DNA of 64,000 nt from an uncultured bacterium (GTDB taxonomy: Bacteria; Chloroflexota; UBA5177; JANWHV01). Shown one piece after another: positions 20,618 to 31,914 of the stretch. The notes below the pieces were generated by a model. That model was not told the origin of the DNA, searched no databases, and saw nothing but the letters and a program-made list of their open reading frames with translations. Numbering within the stretch: the first letter of the stretch is position 1; each line of letters opens with the position of its first letter. The DNA lies in NCBI GenBank assembly GCA_963827235.1, contig CAWHAE010000012.1, positions 1,120,001-1,184,000 on the forward strand, read 5' to 3'. The position numbers and the translations under genes were made by a program.

Positions 20618-21160
20618 CGTTCCAGTGTACTCGCCGGTGTGGTTGGCCGGCGTGCTGGCCGCCTCTCGGGCCTACCTGGGCATTGTGACGCAGCGGCCTA
20701 TCGTCTCGCGACGATGGAAGGCATGTCCAGAGGCGCTCGAGACGATCGCGGTCCCAGGATCGGCGGACCGAAACGCCGGATCACAGATTCTGGTCCGCCC
20801 CGCCAGTCCCCCACTTCACCGGTTCCCATATGTGATCAGCGATCCAGGGCTACAGTCCAGGACGACCCAGGATGGAGGGAGGCGGGCACGGAGATGCTGC
20901 TCGCACGAAGTGCGGACTCCTCGATGACAGGTAGTGGAGCGCGCCAATCATCCGCTGGAACGGGCCTGCCGTGCCATGAATAGCTCAGAGCGCTGGAAGC
21001 GCGCCGATCGGCCCGGAACGCTCGAAAAGACGTGCCGCCAACCCGGTAGCGCCGAGAGGTGCCTCAGTCTGGTAAGCCTATTGACGAGTCTGATTCCAAT
21101 CTGGAATAATCCGCAAGGCGCCCCGAGTTATGTCGCGCCGGAAACTCACGCGCCCTGGAG

Positions 21161-24100
21161 TTGTGGACAGCGGCCCGCCCAGCAAGAGACCCGACAGCGG
21201 GCCGCAGGAATCGGAGTTGCCACGCGAAATCGTTGCGCTGGTGCCTGCCCGCGTGCCTGATCTGCTCACTGGTTTTGCCCGGCAACCCGGCCCGTGCCGT
21301 GTCCTCCTCCCGGGGCTCGCACGGCCCGGCGGTCTCGACCGCCGCCACCGGTGCTCCGGCTCTGCCTGCTTCCTTATCATCCCTTACCCGTGCGCGACAT
21401 GCCCCGCGCGCCTCGGCCGCACCACGACACTCCGGCCGGCAGAGCGCAGAGGCCTCGCTCTCGAGCTCGGCCGCCGGGCAGGCGCCGCGAGGCGGCCAGT
21501 CCCTGTCCGCGCCGAGCGCTGCCCCGCGGCGCAACGTGGCCGAGAGCCGGCCCGCCTTGCAGCGCGGGGGTTCATCCGCTTCCTGCACCGTGACGAGCTC
21601 AGCCGACGACGGAGGCGTCGCCACGCTGCGCTCTCTCGTCGCGTCGTGCGACTCTGTCGCGTTCGCGGCCGGACTGGCAAACTCTACCATTTCACTGGAT
21701 AGTTCCAGGGGCGTGATGAGCATTGCTGCCGGGCGTAGCGTGACCGTCGACGGCAGCGCCGCGGCGACGGTCACCATACGGGGCATCAGCAGCCCGAGCA
21801 CGGCCATCTTCGCGGTCGCCGCTGGCAGCACTCTTTCACTCAGCAGTCTCAAGCTGACCGGCGCCACCGCCGGCGCTATCAACAATGCCGGTTCGCTCAC
21901 CCTCACCAGCGTCACTCTCGACAATAACAGCAACGCCAGCGACGGCGGCGCCATCGTCAATACCGGCAGCGCGAACATCCAGAACTCCGTGCTCAGTGAC
22001 AACAACAGCAGCGACAACGGCGGCGCCATCGCCAACGACGGCGGCTCGACCGCGGCTACCCTCACCCTTGAGAACACCACCGTAGAGAACAACAACGCCG
22101 CCTACGATGGCGGCGGTATCTACAACGACTCCGGTGGCCCCATCACCACGCTCAGCATCGAGGGCTGTACCTTCACGGGGAACACGAGCCACAACAGCTC
22201 GAGCGGCGCGGACTTCTCCGGCGGCGTCGTCGCCAACCTGGGCGGCAACGACGACGATGAGCTAGGGACCGTCGTCGTCAACGTCACGGGTGCCACCACC
22301 ATGAGCGGCAACAGCGCCCGCGAGGGCGGCGCTATCTACAACAGTGGCGAGGGCGGCATCGCCACGGTCTCCCTGGACAGCGGCGGCAGCCTGAGCCAGA
22401 ACAGCGCTACCCAGTCCGGCTTCGGCGGTGCCCTCTACAACGACGCCGACGACGGCACGGCCACGGTCGCCATGACCGGCACCAGCGTGACCTCCAACAC
22501 CTCCACCGGGGGCGGGGGCGGCATCTATAACGCGCGTGGCGGTCATGTCTCCGTCGACGGCGGCTCCCTGGCAAGCAACCAGTCCGAGGGCACTTCGCCG
22601 GGCGGCGGCGGCGCCATCTACAACGACGGTGAGGGGGGCACGGTTACGAGCCCCTCCAGCTTCGTGCTCACCGGCGTGAGCGTGAGCGGCAACACCTCCG
22701 GCCAGCACAACGGCGGCGCCATCTACAACAACGCCGATTACGGCGTCGCCGACGTGCATGACAGCGGCAGCATCTTCACCGCCAATGCCGCCGGCAACAC
22801 CAGCTACAACGAGTACGGCGGCGCCATCGACAACGACGGCCACCAGGGCACTGCCTCGGTCAGGCTGATCGGCGACACGTTCGGCAGCACCACCACCGCG
22901 GACCAGAACAGCGCCACCGAGGACGGCGGCGCCGTCTACAACGACGGCAATGCCGGCTCGGCGAGCATCACGACCACCGGCTCGAGCTTCCCCGGCAACA
23001 GGGCCGGGGGCGACGGCGGCGCCATCGTCAACGCCGGAGACAGCGGCACCGCGACGGCCACCATCCAGGGCGGCGCCATCAGCCATAGCACGTCCGGCTC
23101 GAACGGCGGCGCCATTGCCAACGAGGGCGACGACGGCACCGCCACCATGACCATCGACGCCACCGCGATCAGCAACAACTCCACCGCAACCGACGGGGGC
23201 GCAGGTGGCGCCATCCGCAACTGGGGCGATGGCGGCAGCGCCTCCCTCACCATCCAGGACGGCGTCAACATCACCCAGAATGTCGCGGACGCCGGTGCCG
23301 GGATCTACAACCAGGGCGACTTCGGCTCTGCCAGGCTCACGGTCACGGACAGCACGCTGAGCAACAATACGGCCACGGATGGCGCGGGCGCCATACTCAA
23401 CGATGCTGGAGGCAGCGACTCCCACACGTCCACGGCCGCCGTCTCGCTCTCCGGCGCCATCCTGACGGGAAACTCGGGCACCTTCGGCGGCGCCATCGTT
23501 AACGCCGGCGACTATGCCACCGCCACGATCGCCATGACGAACACCGTCTTGAGCGGCAACTCGGGCACCGACGGGGGCGGCGCGCTGGTCAACGACAGCA
23601 AGAACGGCACCGCGAACGTCTCCATCCTTGCCAGCACGCTGAACGGCAACTCATCTGCCGGCATTAGCGGGGAGAGCGGCGGCACCGGCGGCGCACTCCT
23701 CAACATGGGCGACGAGGGCACGGCTACCATCACCGTCGCCAACAGCACGCTCTATGGCAACTCCGCTCTCACAGGCGGCGCCGCGTACAACGCCGGCTCC
23801 TGCCCGCCGATCCTGGGCTCACGCTCCGGGGGTACGGCCACGCTCGTCATCGGCAACTCGACCCTCGACGCCAACACGGCCTCCTTGGCCGGCGGCGGCC
23901 TCTATAATCTCACCACGAACGGCACTGCCCTCCTCGCCGTGCACAGCACCATCCTGGCGGATGATGCCTCAGCCGAGTGCGCCGGCACCGCCGCCCTGCT
24001 CGACGACGGCTACAACCTGGCCCTCGCCTCCACAGACGGCTGTGCCCTCGATACCTCCGCCTCCACCGCCGACGCCTTCGGCAGCGCCGGCTTCGACGCC

Positions 24101-25237
24101 GCTGGGCTGGCAGGCAACGGCGGGTCCACCCAGACCGTCGCCATCGACAGCGGCAGCAACGCCATCGAGCACGGCGACTGCGGCCTCTATCACGGCACCA
24201 CCAGCAACGTGACCTATGCCGCCCTGGCCACCGACCAGCGCGGCACCGCCCGCAACACCCCCTGCGACGTGGGCGCCTACGAGTTCACCGGCACCCGCCC
24301 CGCCACGGCCACCGGCACCGCGAGCCCGACGCCGGCAGTGACCAGCATCGCCACCGCGACGGCTACCACGGCAGCCGGCAGCGGCGGCGGCTCGGGCGAG
24401 TACGTGGCACCTACCTCCACCCCCTGGCCCAGCGCGACCGGCACCGCCACGGCCACCTCAGCGCCATCCGCCGTCGCCTCCGACTCGCCCACGCCCGTCT
24501 GGACCAGCACCGTGCCCGCCACCCCGGAGGCCACTGCCACGGCCTGGCTGCTCGCCGGTGCCCCAGCCATGGCCGCCGTGCTCAGCGGCACCGTCCAGCT
24601 CACGCTCCGCTCCGAGACCGATGCCGTCGCCCCCGGCCAGCCCTTCACCCTCACCGCCAGCCTCGAGTCCTATGCCGGCTCGCCCGCGGGCGGCGTCACC
24701 CTGATGGACGGCACCACCGCCCTCGGCTCCGCGACCCTCGCCGCCGGCCCCGCCACCTTCAGCATCAGCACTCACCTGCTCGGCGTCCACCGATACTGGG
24801 CCGTCTACCGGGGCACCAACGGCGCCAGGGTCGCCACCACGCCGATCGCCGTCACCGTCGGTAGCGTGACGCCCACCCTGCAGGTCAGCAACCAGAAGCA
24901 CACCGTGGTCGGCGGTCGCACCGCCGCCTGCGACCCGGCACCCAGCTCCGGCATTCCCACCCAGGCCGGCTGTGAGCTGGTCCTGGCCGACTGGTTGCCG
25001 GGCGCCGCGGTCGTCTACACGCTCAGCTACGCCGACGGTAGCCGCCAGACCTTCACCGGTAGCACCGACGCCGCCGGTCACGCCCAGCAGGTCTTCGCCG
25101 TGGCCTACCAGCCGCCCGTCCACGCCAAGCACGGCCAGCCGGTGACGCGCGCCTGGATCAGCGTCGTGGCCACCGCGGCCGACGGCAAGCAGGCCAAGTC
25201 CTACTGCCTGCGCTTCGCCGTCCTGCGTCAGTCCTGA
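21161..25237 (+). CDS. Large secreted beta-helix repeat surface protein (GGAI(Y)N repeats, choice-of-anchor Q-like region, Thr/Ala linker, Ig-like domains)
   Basis: Signal-like LRWCLPACLICSLVLPGNPARA; more than 15 GGAIxN repeats; LAGNGGSTQTVAI...TDQRG..R..PCDVGAYE; Big_3-like GGVTLMDGTTALGSATL...AVYRG. Start uncertain. Confidence 0.85.
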   Translation: MWTAARPARDPTAGRRNRSCHAKSLRWCLPACLICSLVLPGNPARAVSSSRGSHGPAVSTAATGAPALPASLSSLTRARHAPRASAAPRHSGRQSAEASLSSSAAGQAPRGGQSLSAPSAAPRRNVAESRPALQRGGSSASCTVTSSADDGGVATLRSLVASCDSVAFAAGLANSTISLDSSRGVMSIAAGRSVTVDGSAAATVTIRGISSPSTAIFAVAAGSTLSLSSLKLTGATAGAINNAGSLTLTSVTLDNNSNASDGGAIVNTGSANIQNSVLSDNNSSDNGGAIANDGGSTAATLTLENTTVENNNAAYDGGGIYNDSGGPITTLSIEGCTFTGNTSHNSSSGADFSGGVVANLGGNDDDELGTVVVNVTGATTMSGNSAREGGAIYNSGEGGIATVSLDSGGSLSQNSATQSGFGGALYNDADDGTATVAMTGTSVTSNTSTGGGGGIYNARGGHVSVDGGSLASNQSEGTSPGGGGAIYNDGEGGTVTSPSSFVLTGVSVSGNTSGQHNGGAIYNNADYGVADVHDSGSIFTANAAGNTSYNEYGGAIDNDGHQGTASVRLIGDTFGSTTTADQNSATEDGGAVYNDGNAGSASITTTGSSFPGNRAGGDGGAIVNAGDSGTATATIQGGAISHSTSGSNGGAIANEGDDGTATMTIDATAISNNSTATDGGAGGAIRNWGDGGSASLTIQDGVNITQNVADAGAGIYNQGDFGSARLTVTDSTLSNNTATDGAGAILNDAGGSDSHTSTAAVSLSGAILTGNSGTFGGAIVNAGDYATATIAMTNTVLSGNSGTDGGGALVNDSKNGTANVSILASTLNGNSSAGISGESGGTGGALLNMGDEGTATITVANSTLYGNSALTGGAAYNAGSCPPILGSRSGGTATLVIGNSTLDANTASLAGGGLYNLTTNGTALLAVHSTILADDASAECAGTAALLDDGYNLALASTDGCALDTSASTADAFGSAGFDAAGLAGNGGSTQTVAIDSGSNAIEHGDCGLYHGTTSNVTYAALATDQRGTARNTPCDVGAYEFTGTRPATATGTASPTPAVTSIATATATTAAGSGGGSGEYVAPTSTPWPSATGTATATSAPSAVASDSPTPVWTSTVPATPEATATAWLLAGAPAMAAVLSGTVQLTLRSETDAVAPGQPFTLTASLESYAGSPAGGVTLMDGTTALGSATLAAGPATFSISTHLLGVHRYWAVYRGTNGARVATTPIAVTVGSVTPTLQVSNQKHTVVGGRTAACDPAPSSGIPTQAGCELVLADWLPGAAVVYTLSYADGSRQTFTGSTDAAGHAQQVFAVAYQPPVHAKHGQPVTRAWISVVATAADGKQAKSYCLRFAVLRQS

Positions 25238-25273
25238 AAGGCGCGGACACGGCTTGCCCGCAATCGTTCTCCG

Positions 25274-25308
25274 CCGTAGCGGCCCGGTTTGCGACCGGGC
25301 CGCTACGG
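25274..25308 (+). terminator. GC-rich hairpin, probable terminator
   Basis: CCGTAGCGGCCCGGT-TTGCG-ACCGGGCCGCTACGG, 37 bp after the stop. Confidence 0.65.
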
Positions 25309-25645
25309 ACGGGAGGATAAGCCGCACCGCGCGGACTGCTCGACCACGACCGGTGTGTGCCGGTGATCCATCGCTCCGGCTTCTCCGGGCCGCCGGTTCC
25401 ACGCGGGCTCGTCGACTCCGGCGTCGACCACGGTGACGTCTCCATGCGCAGTAATCTCGCGCTCCATTATGATCAGTGCAGTGAGTGCTGCGCGAGCGGC
25501 GCGGTCGCCGAGCCACGCGGCGCGCCTCGCGTGAGGAAGCAGACCTGGGAATCGCGGCATACGTCCGCGTGACCCTCCCCACGGTATGTGCACGGCCGTT
25601 AGCGCTTGCAGGCACCACCGGTAGCCCGAGAGGTAGTGACGGAGC

Positions 25646-28369
25646 ATGCACACGAGTACCCGGCAGGACCGCGCCGTGCCGCAGGAGACCGGCCATGCGC
25701 GGCCGACAGAGAACACCCGCCCGGCTGCCTGGCGGGCCACCTACCGCGTCCAGCTGCACGCGGACTTCGACCTCGACGATGCAGCGGCGATCGTCGACTA
25801 TCTTGCCGAGCTGGGCGTGAGCCACCTCTACGCGTCGCCCAGTCTGCAGGCTGCCGCCGGCAGCACGCACGGCTACGACGTGGTCGATCCTCACCACGTC
25901 AATACCGAGCTCGGCGGCGAGGCGGCGCACGCGCGCCTGCACAAGGCTCTCCGGTCGCACGGTCTAGGCCATCTGCTGGACATCGTGCCCAACCACATGG
26001 CGATCGGCGGCCGCGAGAACACCTGGTGGTGGGACGTGCTGGAGAATGGGCAATCCAGCCGCTACGCCGCGTACTTCGACGTCGACTGGGATCCGCCTGA
26101 AGCCAAGCTGCGCGACCGCATTCTACTGCCCATCCTGGGAGAGCGCTACGGCACGGCCCTGCTGGATCGCTCGCTCGTGCTGCGCCGCGAGGGCGGCGCC
26201 TTTACCATCGCCTATCACGACCACGTGGTCCCGGTCGCGCCGCGGTCGCTCGGCCGGCTGCTGGCGCTCGCCGCCGCGCGGTGCGACTGCGAGGAGCTGG
26301 CGTTTCTGGCCGACGCCTCGACGGAGCTGCCGCCCGCCACTGCCACGGATAGCGTGAGCGTGGCGCGTCGCCACCGCGACAAGGAGGTTCTGCGCCGGCT
26401 CCTCGCGGAGCTCTTCGAGCACCGGCCCGAGGCAGCGGCGGCGGTGGATGCCGTTGCGAAAGAGATTGAAGGCAACCCACAGCTGTTCGACGAGCTGTTG
26501 GAGCGCCAGAACTACCGGCTGACTTTCTGGCGCGCGTCCGATCGCGAGCTCGACTACCGCCGGTTCTTCGACATCAACAGCCTGGCCGCCCTGCGCGTGC
26601 ACGACCCCGGCGTCTTCGCCGACACGCACGCGCTGATCCTGCGCTGGCTGGACAAGGGCATACTGGACGGCGTGCGCATCGACCACATCGATGGGCTGCG
26701 CGATCCGGACCTGTACCTGACCAGCCTGCACGAGCGCGCGCCCGGGGCGAAGATCTGGGTAGAGAAGATTCTCGAGCAGGGCGAGCGGCTGACGGAGCGG
26801 TGGCCGATCGCCGGCACCACTGGCTACGACTTTCTGAACGTGGCAGGCGGGCTGTTCGTCGACCGGCGGGCCGAGGAGCCGCTGACCAAGCACTATGCCG
26901 AGATCGCGTCCGAGGAACAGGCGGACTACGTGGAGATTGCGCGGGAGAACAAGCTGCGTGTGCTCCGCGAGTCCCTGGGCAGCGACGTTAACCGGCTCAC
27001 CGCGCTGCTGCAGGACATCTGCCAGCAGCACTGGCCGGCGCGCGACTTCACGCGGCACGAGTTGCAAGAGGTGCTGCGGGAACTGGTGGCCGATTTCCCG
27101 GTGTACAGGACCTACGTGAGGGCCGAGGAGGGAGTCGAGACCGACGGGGATCGCCGCACCGTGGTAGCCGCGATCGCCGAGGCCCATGAGCGGCGGCCCG
27201 ACGTGGACGGCGCCATCTTCGACTTCGTGCGCGACGTGCTGACCCTCGATGTCGCCGGGCCGCTGGCGGCTGAGTTCGTGATGCGCTTCCAGCAGCTCAC
27301 CGGGCCGGCCATGGCCAAAGGCGTGGAGGATACCACGTTCTACACCTATAACCGGCTGCTGGCACTCAACGAGGTGGGCGCCGACCCGGGAACGTTTGGC
27401 CACACGATCGCCGATTTTCACGCTCACTGCCTCCACGTGCAGCAGCACTGGCCCGAGACGCTGGTGGCCACGTCCACGCACGACACGAAGCGCAGCGAGG
27501 ACGTGCGCGCGCGCCTGGCCGTGCTGACCGAGGTGCCGGAAGCGTGGCGTGCGGTGGTCACGCGATGGGTCCAGCACAACGCGGGGCACAGGATCGACGG
27601 CATGCCGGACCGCAACGCGGAGTATCTGTTCTACCAGACACTGGCCGGCGCCTGGCCGCTCGATACAGAGCGGGCAACGGCATACATGCTCAAGGCCGCG
27701 CGCGAAGGCAAGGCGTACACCTCATGGACGGAGCAGAACGGGCCTTACGAGGAGGCACTCGGCCGATTCGTGGCGGCAGTGCTCGACGACGAGACGTTCG
27801 TGCGCGACCTCGCCGCGTTCGTCGAGTCGATCCGCGACGCCGGATGGGTGAACAGCCTGGGCCAGACGCTGCTCAAGCTCGCGGCACCCGGCGTGCCGGA
27901 CATCTACCAGGGCACCGAGCTCTGGGACCTGAGCCTGGTCGATCCTGACAACCGGCGGCCGGTCGACTATGCGCTGCGCCGCCGGCTGCTCGGCGAGCTG
28001 GATCACCTTGGGCCGGCGGAGATTTGGGCACGCCGCGACGAGGGCCTGCCGAAGCTGTGGCTGGTGCGCCAGGCGCTGTCCCTGCGGCGCCGCGATCCGG
28101 CAGCGTTCGGGCCGGCCGGCGACTACGCCCCGCTCGAGCCGGCGGGCGCGGAGGCCGATGTGCTGGTCGCCTTCACGCGGGCCGGCCGTATCGCCGCCGT
28201 CGTCCCGCGCTTCGGCATGCGCGCGCTCAGCGGCTGGACGGACACGAGCATGCGGCTACCGGACGGCACCTGGCGCGACGTGCTGGCCGGCGGTGAGGCA
28301 TGGCGCGGTACCGTGCGCATCGCGCACCTGCTGCGACGGTTCCCCGTCGCGCTGCTGGCACGAGAGTAG
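25646..28369 (+). CDS. treY: Malto-oligosyltrehalose synthase
   Basis: [85 protein letters not shown]. Confidence 0.96.
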   Translation: MHTSTRQDRAVPQETGHARPTENTRPAAWRATYRVQLHADFDLDDAAAIVDYLAELGVSHLYASPSLQAAAGSTHGYDVVDPHHVNTELGGEAAHARLHKALRSHGLGHLLDIVPNHMAIGGRENTWWWDVLENGQSSRYAAYFDVDWDPPEAKLRDRILLPILGERYGTALLDRSLVLRREGGAFTIAYHDHVVPVAPRSLGRLLALAAARCDCEELAFLADASTELPPATATDSVSVARRHRDKEVLRRLLAELFEHRPEAAAAVDAVAKEIEGNPQLFDELLERQNYRLTFWRASDRELDYRRFFDINSLAALRVHDPGVFADTHALILRWLDKGILDGVRIDHIDGLRDPDLYLTSLHERAPGAKIWVEKILEQGERLTERWPIAGTTGYDFLNVAGGLFVDRRAEEPLTKHYAEIASEEQADYVEIARENKLRVLRESLGSDVNRLTALLQDICQQHWPARDFTRHELQEVLRELVADFPVYRTYVRAEEGVETDGDRRTVVAAIAEAHERRPDVDGAIFDFVRDVLTLDVAGPLAAEFVMRFQQLTGPAMAKGVEDTTFYTYNRLLALNEVGADPGTFGHTIADFHAHCLHVQQHWPETLVATSTHDTKRSEDVRARLAVLTEVPEAWRAVVTRWVQHNAGHRIDGMPDRNAEYLFYQTLAGAWPLDTERATAYMLKAAREGKAYTSWTEQNGPYEEALGRFVAAVLDDETFVRDLAAFVESIRDAGWVNSLGQTLLKLAAPGVPDIYQGTELWDLSLVDPDNRRPVDYALRRRLLGELDHLGPAEIWARRDEGLPKLWLVRQALSLRRRDPAAFGPAGDYAPLEPAGAEADVLVAFTRAGRIAAVVPRFGMRALSGWTDTSMRLPDGTWRDVLAGGEAWRGTVRIAHLLRRFPVALLARE

Positions 28370-28375
28370 CCCGTC

Positions 28376-29000
28376 ATGGCGGTCTCCTGCCTCTGGGCGC
28401 CGCCGGCGCATACCGTGGAAGTGGCTCTGGGCCGGGAGCGCGAGGCAGGTGGTGCTGGACGTGGTCCACATCCACCTCGGACCCGCGGGCAACTACCTCG
28501 CCCAGTCAGGTCCCTATTTCACCGACCGCTTCGAGACGCCCTGAGGACCAGCCGTGAACCTCGATGGGCCGGGCAGCGACGAAATGCGTCGCTTCCTGTG
28601 CGATAACGCGCTCATGTGGCTGCGCGCCTACCACTGCGACGGGCTGCGCCTGGACGCCGTGCACGCGCAGTGCGATTCGTCGGCCGTGCATTTCCTGGAG
28701 CCGCAAGCCGCGCTGCTCGCCTGGCATCGCGCCCTCATACGCCTGCGCCGCGACACGCCGGCGCTCACGGACGGACGGTTCGACCGCGTACATTCGCGCT
28801 TGGACGAAGAGCGCCGCTGGCTCGTGATGGCGCGTGGCCCCATCGCCATGGCCTGCAATTTCGCCTCCGAGCGGCGGCTGATGTCGCTGCCGGAGGGCGT
28901 GGAGCGCCTCCTGCTGTCCTCGGCCGCCGCCGTGAAGCTGTCCGCCGGCGCGGTGAGCGTGCCCGGCCAGGCGGTGGCGATACTTGGGCCTCGCGACTGA
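28376..29000 (+). pseudogene. treZ: Malto-oligosyltrehalose trehalohydrolase remnant with large internal deletions
   Basis: Colinear pieces: [11 protein letters not shown], then [17 protein letters not shown]...[22 protein letters not shown]...DGLRLDAVH...HFLE, then [13 protein letters not shown]. About 620 bp versus ~1.8 kb for a full treZ; TGA at 28542. Confidence 0.88.
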
Positions 29001-29011
29001 GAGGTTGCTTC

Positions 29012-30994
29012 CTACCGCGCTCGCCGCGCGTAGACCCGTGCCGTCCAGGGCTGCAAGGGCTCCCGGCCAAGTCGCTCTTGGGGCACCGGGCGGTCCTCGC
29101 AGACTTCGTACCACTGCGCTCCGGCCGCCGGCTCCGGCCAACCGGGAATGACGTACTCGCCCGGCGAGCCATCCGAGTCCGGCGTGCCGTAGTCGGAGAA
29201 GTTGGCGACCACCACCACGAGATGCTCGTCCGTGCCGCGCTGCCAGGCCATCACCCGCCGTTCCTCGGCGACGTCTTCGTGAATGAACGACACGTCGTTC
29301 ACGTCCAGCGCCCGCGAGCCGGTGCGCAGACGCACCAGGCGGCAGACGCAGGTGAAGATACGCCAGCGCCATTCGTCCCCCAAGCGGTCGAAGCGCACGG
29401 GATCGACTTCTTTATTCATGACGGATCGAGCCGTTTCCGTTATGTCGAGATCCTGCTCCTCGGCGAACTCGTCCCCCGCCAGGATCATGGGAATGCCCAC
29501 GGCGGTGAGCAGGCAAACGAAGGCCAGCTTAACGCGATCCTCGGCTTCCGCGACGCCGTTGTTGCGCAGCCACTCGTACAGTCGCTCATTGCCCAGCTCA
29601 CCGATGTCGTGCGAGGTAAGGTAGTTAACCGCCTGCGAGGCGTCGGAAAAGCCAAGTAGCCGGCAATCGATCAGCTTGCGCACGCTCTCACCGAAATCCG
29701 CGGCACCGTCCCAGGCCTGGCCGAGAATCACCCTTCGGGCGATGTGCTTGAAGGTCTCGTTCCACAGGCCGTCGAGCCGGCGATCGCCAACCATCGCCAC
29801 GGGCACGCTCAGCTCCTCGCCGACCACGAGGAAGCGATCGTCGACCCCTTCCAGATCGCGCCACAGATCGCGGGCACGGTGCGTGAACTCCTCCAGGAAT
29901 TGCTCGTTGGCGATATTGTTCACGCTGTCGAGCCGCAGGCCATCCACCCTGTAGTAGGTCAGCCACCATTCGAGATAGAGCTGCAGGAAGGCGCGGGCGG
30001 GCACGAAACTGCCCTGATCGCCGCTGATCGGATCGTAGCCTTCCACCCAGTAGTTGAACTTGAACAGGTCGCCGCCGAAGCTTTCGCGGTTTCCCGCCTC
30101 GGGGTCATCGCTCCCATGCTGCACGAAGAAGTCGGAGAAGTTGACGTTGCGCAGCGGACAGGCGCGGGCGAAGGCCATCACCATGTCGCAAAACAGGCGT
30201 ATGCCGAGCCGGTGCGCCGTGTTGGCGACGCCGACCAGATCGGCCGAGGCGGTCGGGGGCCGGGCCGGATCCGGGTGACCCAGGTAGTAGTCCGCCGCGA
30301 AGAAGTTCGCCGTGCCGTAGCCCCAGCCCAGTTGGCTGGTGCTGTCCGCGGGCGGCAATAGCTCGAGGGCATTGACGCCCAAAGCCTCGAGATAGGACTT
30401 GTCGCCGAGCGCAGGACTCTCGACGGCCCTGGCGGTGAGCAGCGACTGCACGTCGCGGAAGGTGCCGTCGCCGATCGTAGCCGAGCCCAGCGTGCGTGGG
30501 TGGGCCCAGCGCGTGGGCAGCTCGTAGAGGACGAGCCGGTTATTGGCAGGCAGGCAGGTCATGTCGGGGTACTCGGCACCGTCGACTACCCTGCCGTCGC
30601 CGTCGCACGGCAGCAGGCTGCCGTCCCTATAAAAGAGGATCGCGGCGGGCTGCCCGCCGGCAACGCCCTCCACTTCCGGAGCCGGGAAGCGGCGATCGAC
30701 CGCGGTGGCAAACGGATCGGTGCACAGGCAGAGGCGGGACTGATCCAGGTAGGGATCGCTGTCGCGTACCTGGAACCAGTAGCAGTAGGCCGTCTCGTCC
30801 TGCAGACCGCAGGTCCGCGCGGAAATTCCCCAGAGGTCAGGCCGGTCGTCGAGCGGGGCCAATGGAATCGTGCGCAGGTCGATAGGTCCCGTGTCGCTCA
30901 GGGCGCCGATCACCAGCGCGGGCGCCGGATCGGTGAACGCCGGGCGCCAGAGCACGAAGTGATTGCGCCGCCTCGCCAGAAGATCGCTGTGCAT
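29012..30994 (-). CDS. GH13 alpha-amylase / 1,4-alpha-glucan branching enzyme-like protein
   Basis: LGVNALELLP, WGYG, DGLRLDSV, VGEE, NYLTSHD, GIPMILAGDEF. Confidence 0.9.
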   Translation of the reverse strand: MHSDLLARRRNHFVLWRPAFTDPAPALVIGALSDTGPIDLRTIPLAPLDDRPDLWGISARTCGLQDETAYCYWFQVRDSDPYLDQSRLCLCTDPFATAVDRRFPAPEVEGVAGGQPAAILFYRDGSLLPCDGDGRVVDGAEYPDMTCLPANNRLVLYELPTRWAHPRTLGSATIGDGTFRDVQSLLTARAVESPALGDKSYLEALGVNALELLPPADSTSQLGWGYGTANFFAADYYLGHPDPARPPTASADLVGVANTAHRLGIRLFCDMVMAFARACPLRNVNFSDFFVQHGSDDPEAGNRESFGGDLFKFNYWVEGYDPISGDQGSFVPARAFLQLYLEWWLTYYRVDGLRLDSVNNIANEQFLEEFTHRARDLWRDLEGVDDRFLVVGEELSVPVAMVGDRRLDGLWNETFKHIARRVILGQAWDGAADFGESVRKLIDCRLLGFSDASQAVNYLTSHDIGELGNERLYEWLRNNGVAEAEDRVKLAFVCLLTAVGIPMILAGDEFAEEQDLDITETARSVMNKEVDPVRFDRLGDEWRWRIFTCVCRLVRLRTGSRALDVNDVSFIHEDVAEERRVMAWQRGTDEHLVVVVANFSDYGTPDSDGSPGEYVIPGWPEPAAGAQWYEVCEDRPVPQERLGREPLQPWTARVYARRAR

Positions 30995-31448
30995 GTCGTG
31001 GAACCCTTTTCAGATGGACGTATAACTGACGGCGGTTCACCGGCCCAAGCAGTGCGGAGTCGTGCCCGCCCCGGCGGGCGCGGCTCGTCGCCGCCTCGCG
31101 CGCCGCAAGGCGGCGTTCAATGCCTGCGCGGTGACGTGCACAGCACGGCACGAAGCCCGGTTGCCGGCGGAGATGATATCGAGAACGGACAGAGGCCACC
31201 GCGGCAGGTGCTTTGCAAGCGCCTCGTACGGGATGCAGGAACTGGATGCCTAGACCATCGCTCCGGCTGCCGCGCGGCCGCCGGTCTGCCCGAGGAAGCA
31301 TGTGCGACAAGGGCTCAGAGTAAGCACCTCGCACTTCCCACTATAGCAAACTGGGCCACAAGGTGCGGCATGTGCTGGTGGATGGGCAGGTTTCGGCGAT
31401 TCCGACTTCGCGGCGCGATCCGGCTGTGGTCGTTGCCGGCGCGGGCGA

Positions 31449-31838
31449 TCAGGGCGCAACGTCGGCAGCGGGCTGCGCGCCCGAGGCCGGCCCGGTCATT
31501 TCCAGCCGGTCGCGGCGCCCGCGCCTCGGCAGATCGGCGATCACTTCCCCGTGCTCACGCTGCCAGCCACGTTGATCGGCCTCGATCCGTTCCATCTCCA
31601 TGCGGAACTCCTCGGCGCGTTCCCGTGCGGCCACGGCGCGCGACGATCCGTCCTTCGCAGCCGCTACGGGCCGCGCCGCAAAGCGGCGCTCCGCTGCCTG
31701 GCGTGCCATCGTCGCCTCGCGCATCTGCGTGCGTCGCACGGCCTGCCGGTCGACGCCGTCGTACAAGACGGCATCCATGGGCAAGGCCTCGACCACGCGC
31801 ACATCTTCGCGCTGCACAGGATCCTGGATGTTGGTCAT
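31449..31838 (-). CDS. Hypothetical charged helical protein
   Basis: RBS AGGAAAGG upstream; 129 aa R/E/A-rich; no family recognised. Confidence 0.5.
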   Translation of the reverse strand: MTNIQDPVQREDVRVVEALPMDAVLYDGVDRQAVRRTQMREATMARQAAERRFAARPVAAAKDGSSRAVAARERAEEFRMEMERIEADQRGWQREHGEVIADLPRRGRRDRLEMTGPASGAQPAADVAP

Positions 31839-31914
31839 GGTGCCTTTCCTCTCACATACCAGGCCATCAACGATGGGCCTTGTTCCAGCGCAAGACTCAG
31901 TCTGAATGCACCCC

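Noticed and set aside
18593-20983. 796-aa plus-strand ORF and other long shadow ORFs (e.g. 24458-25960, 26123-27589, 37535-38755)
   Set aside because: Antisense or alternate-frame artefacts of high GC, overlapping well-supported genes.
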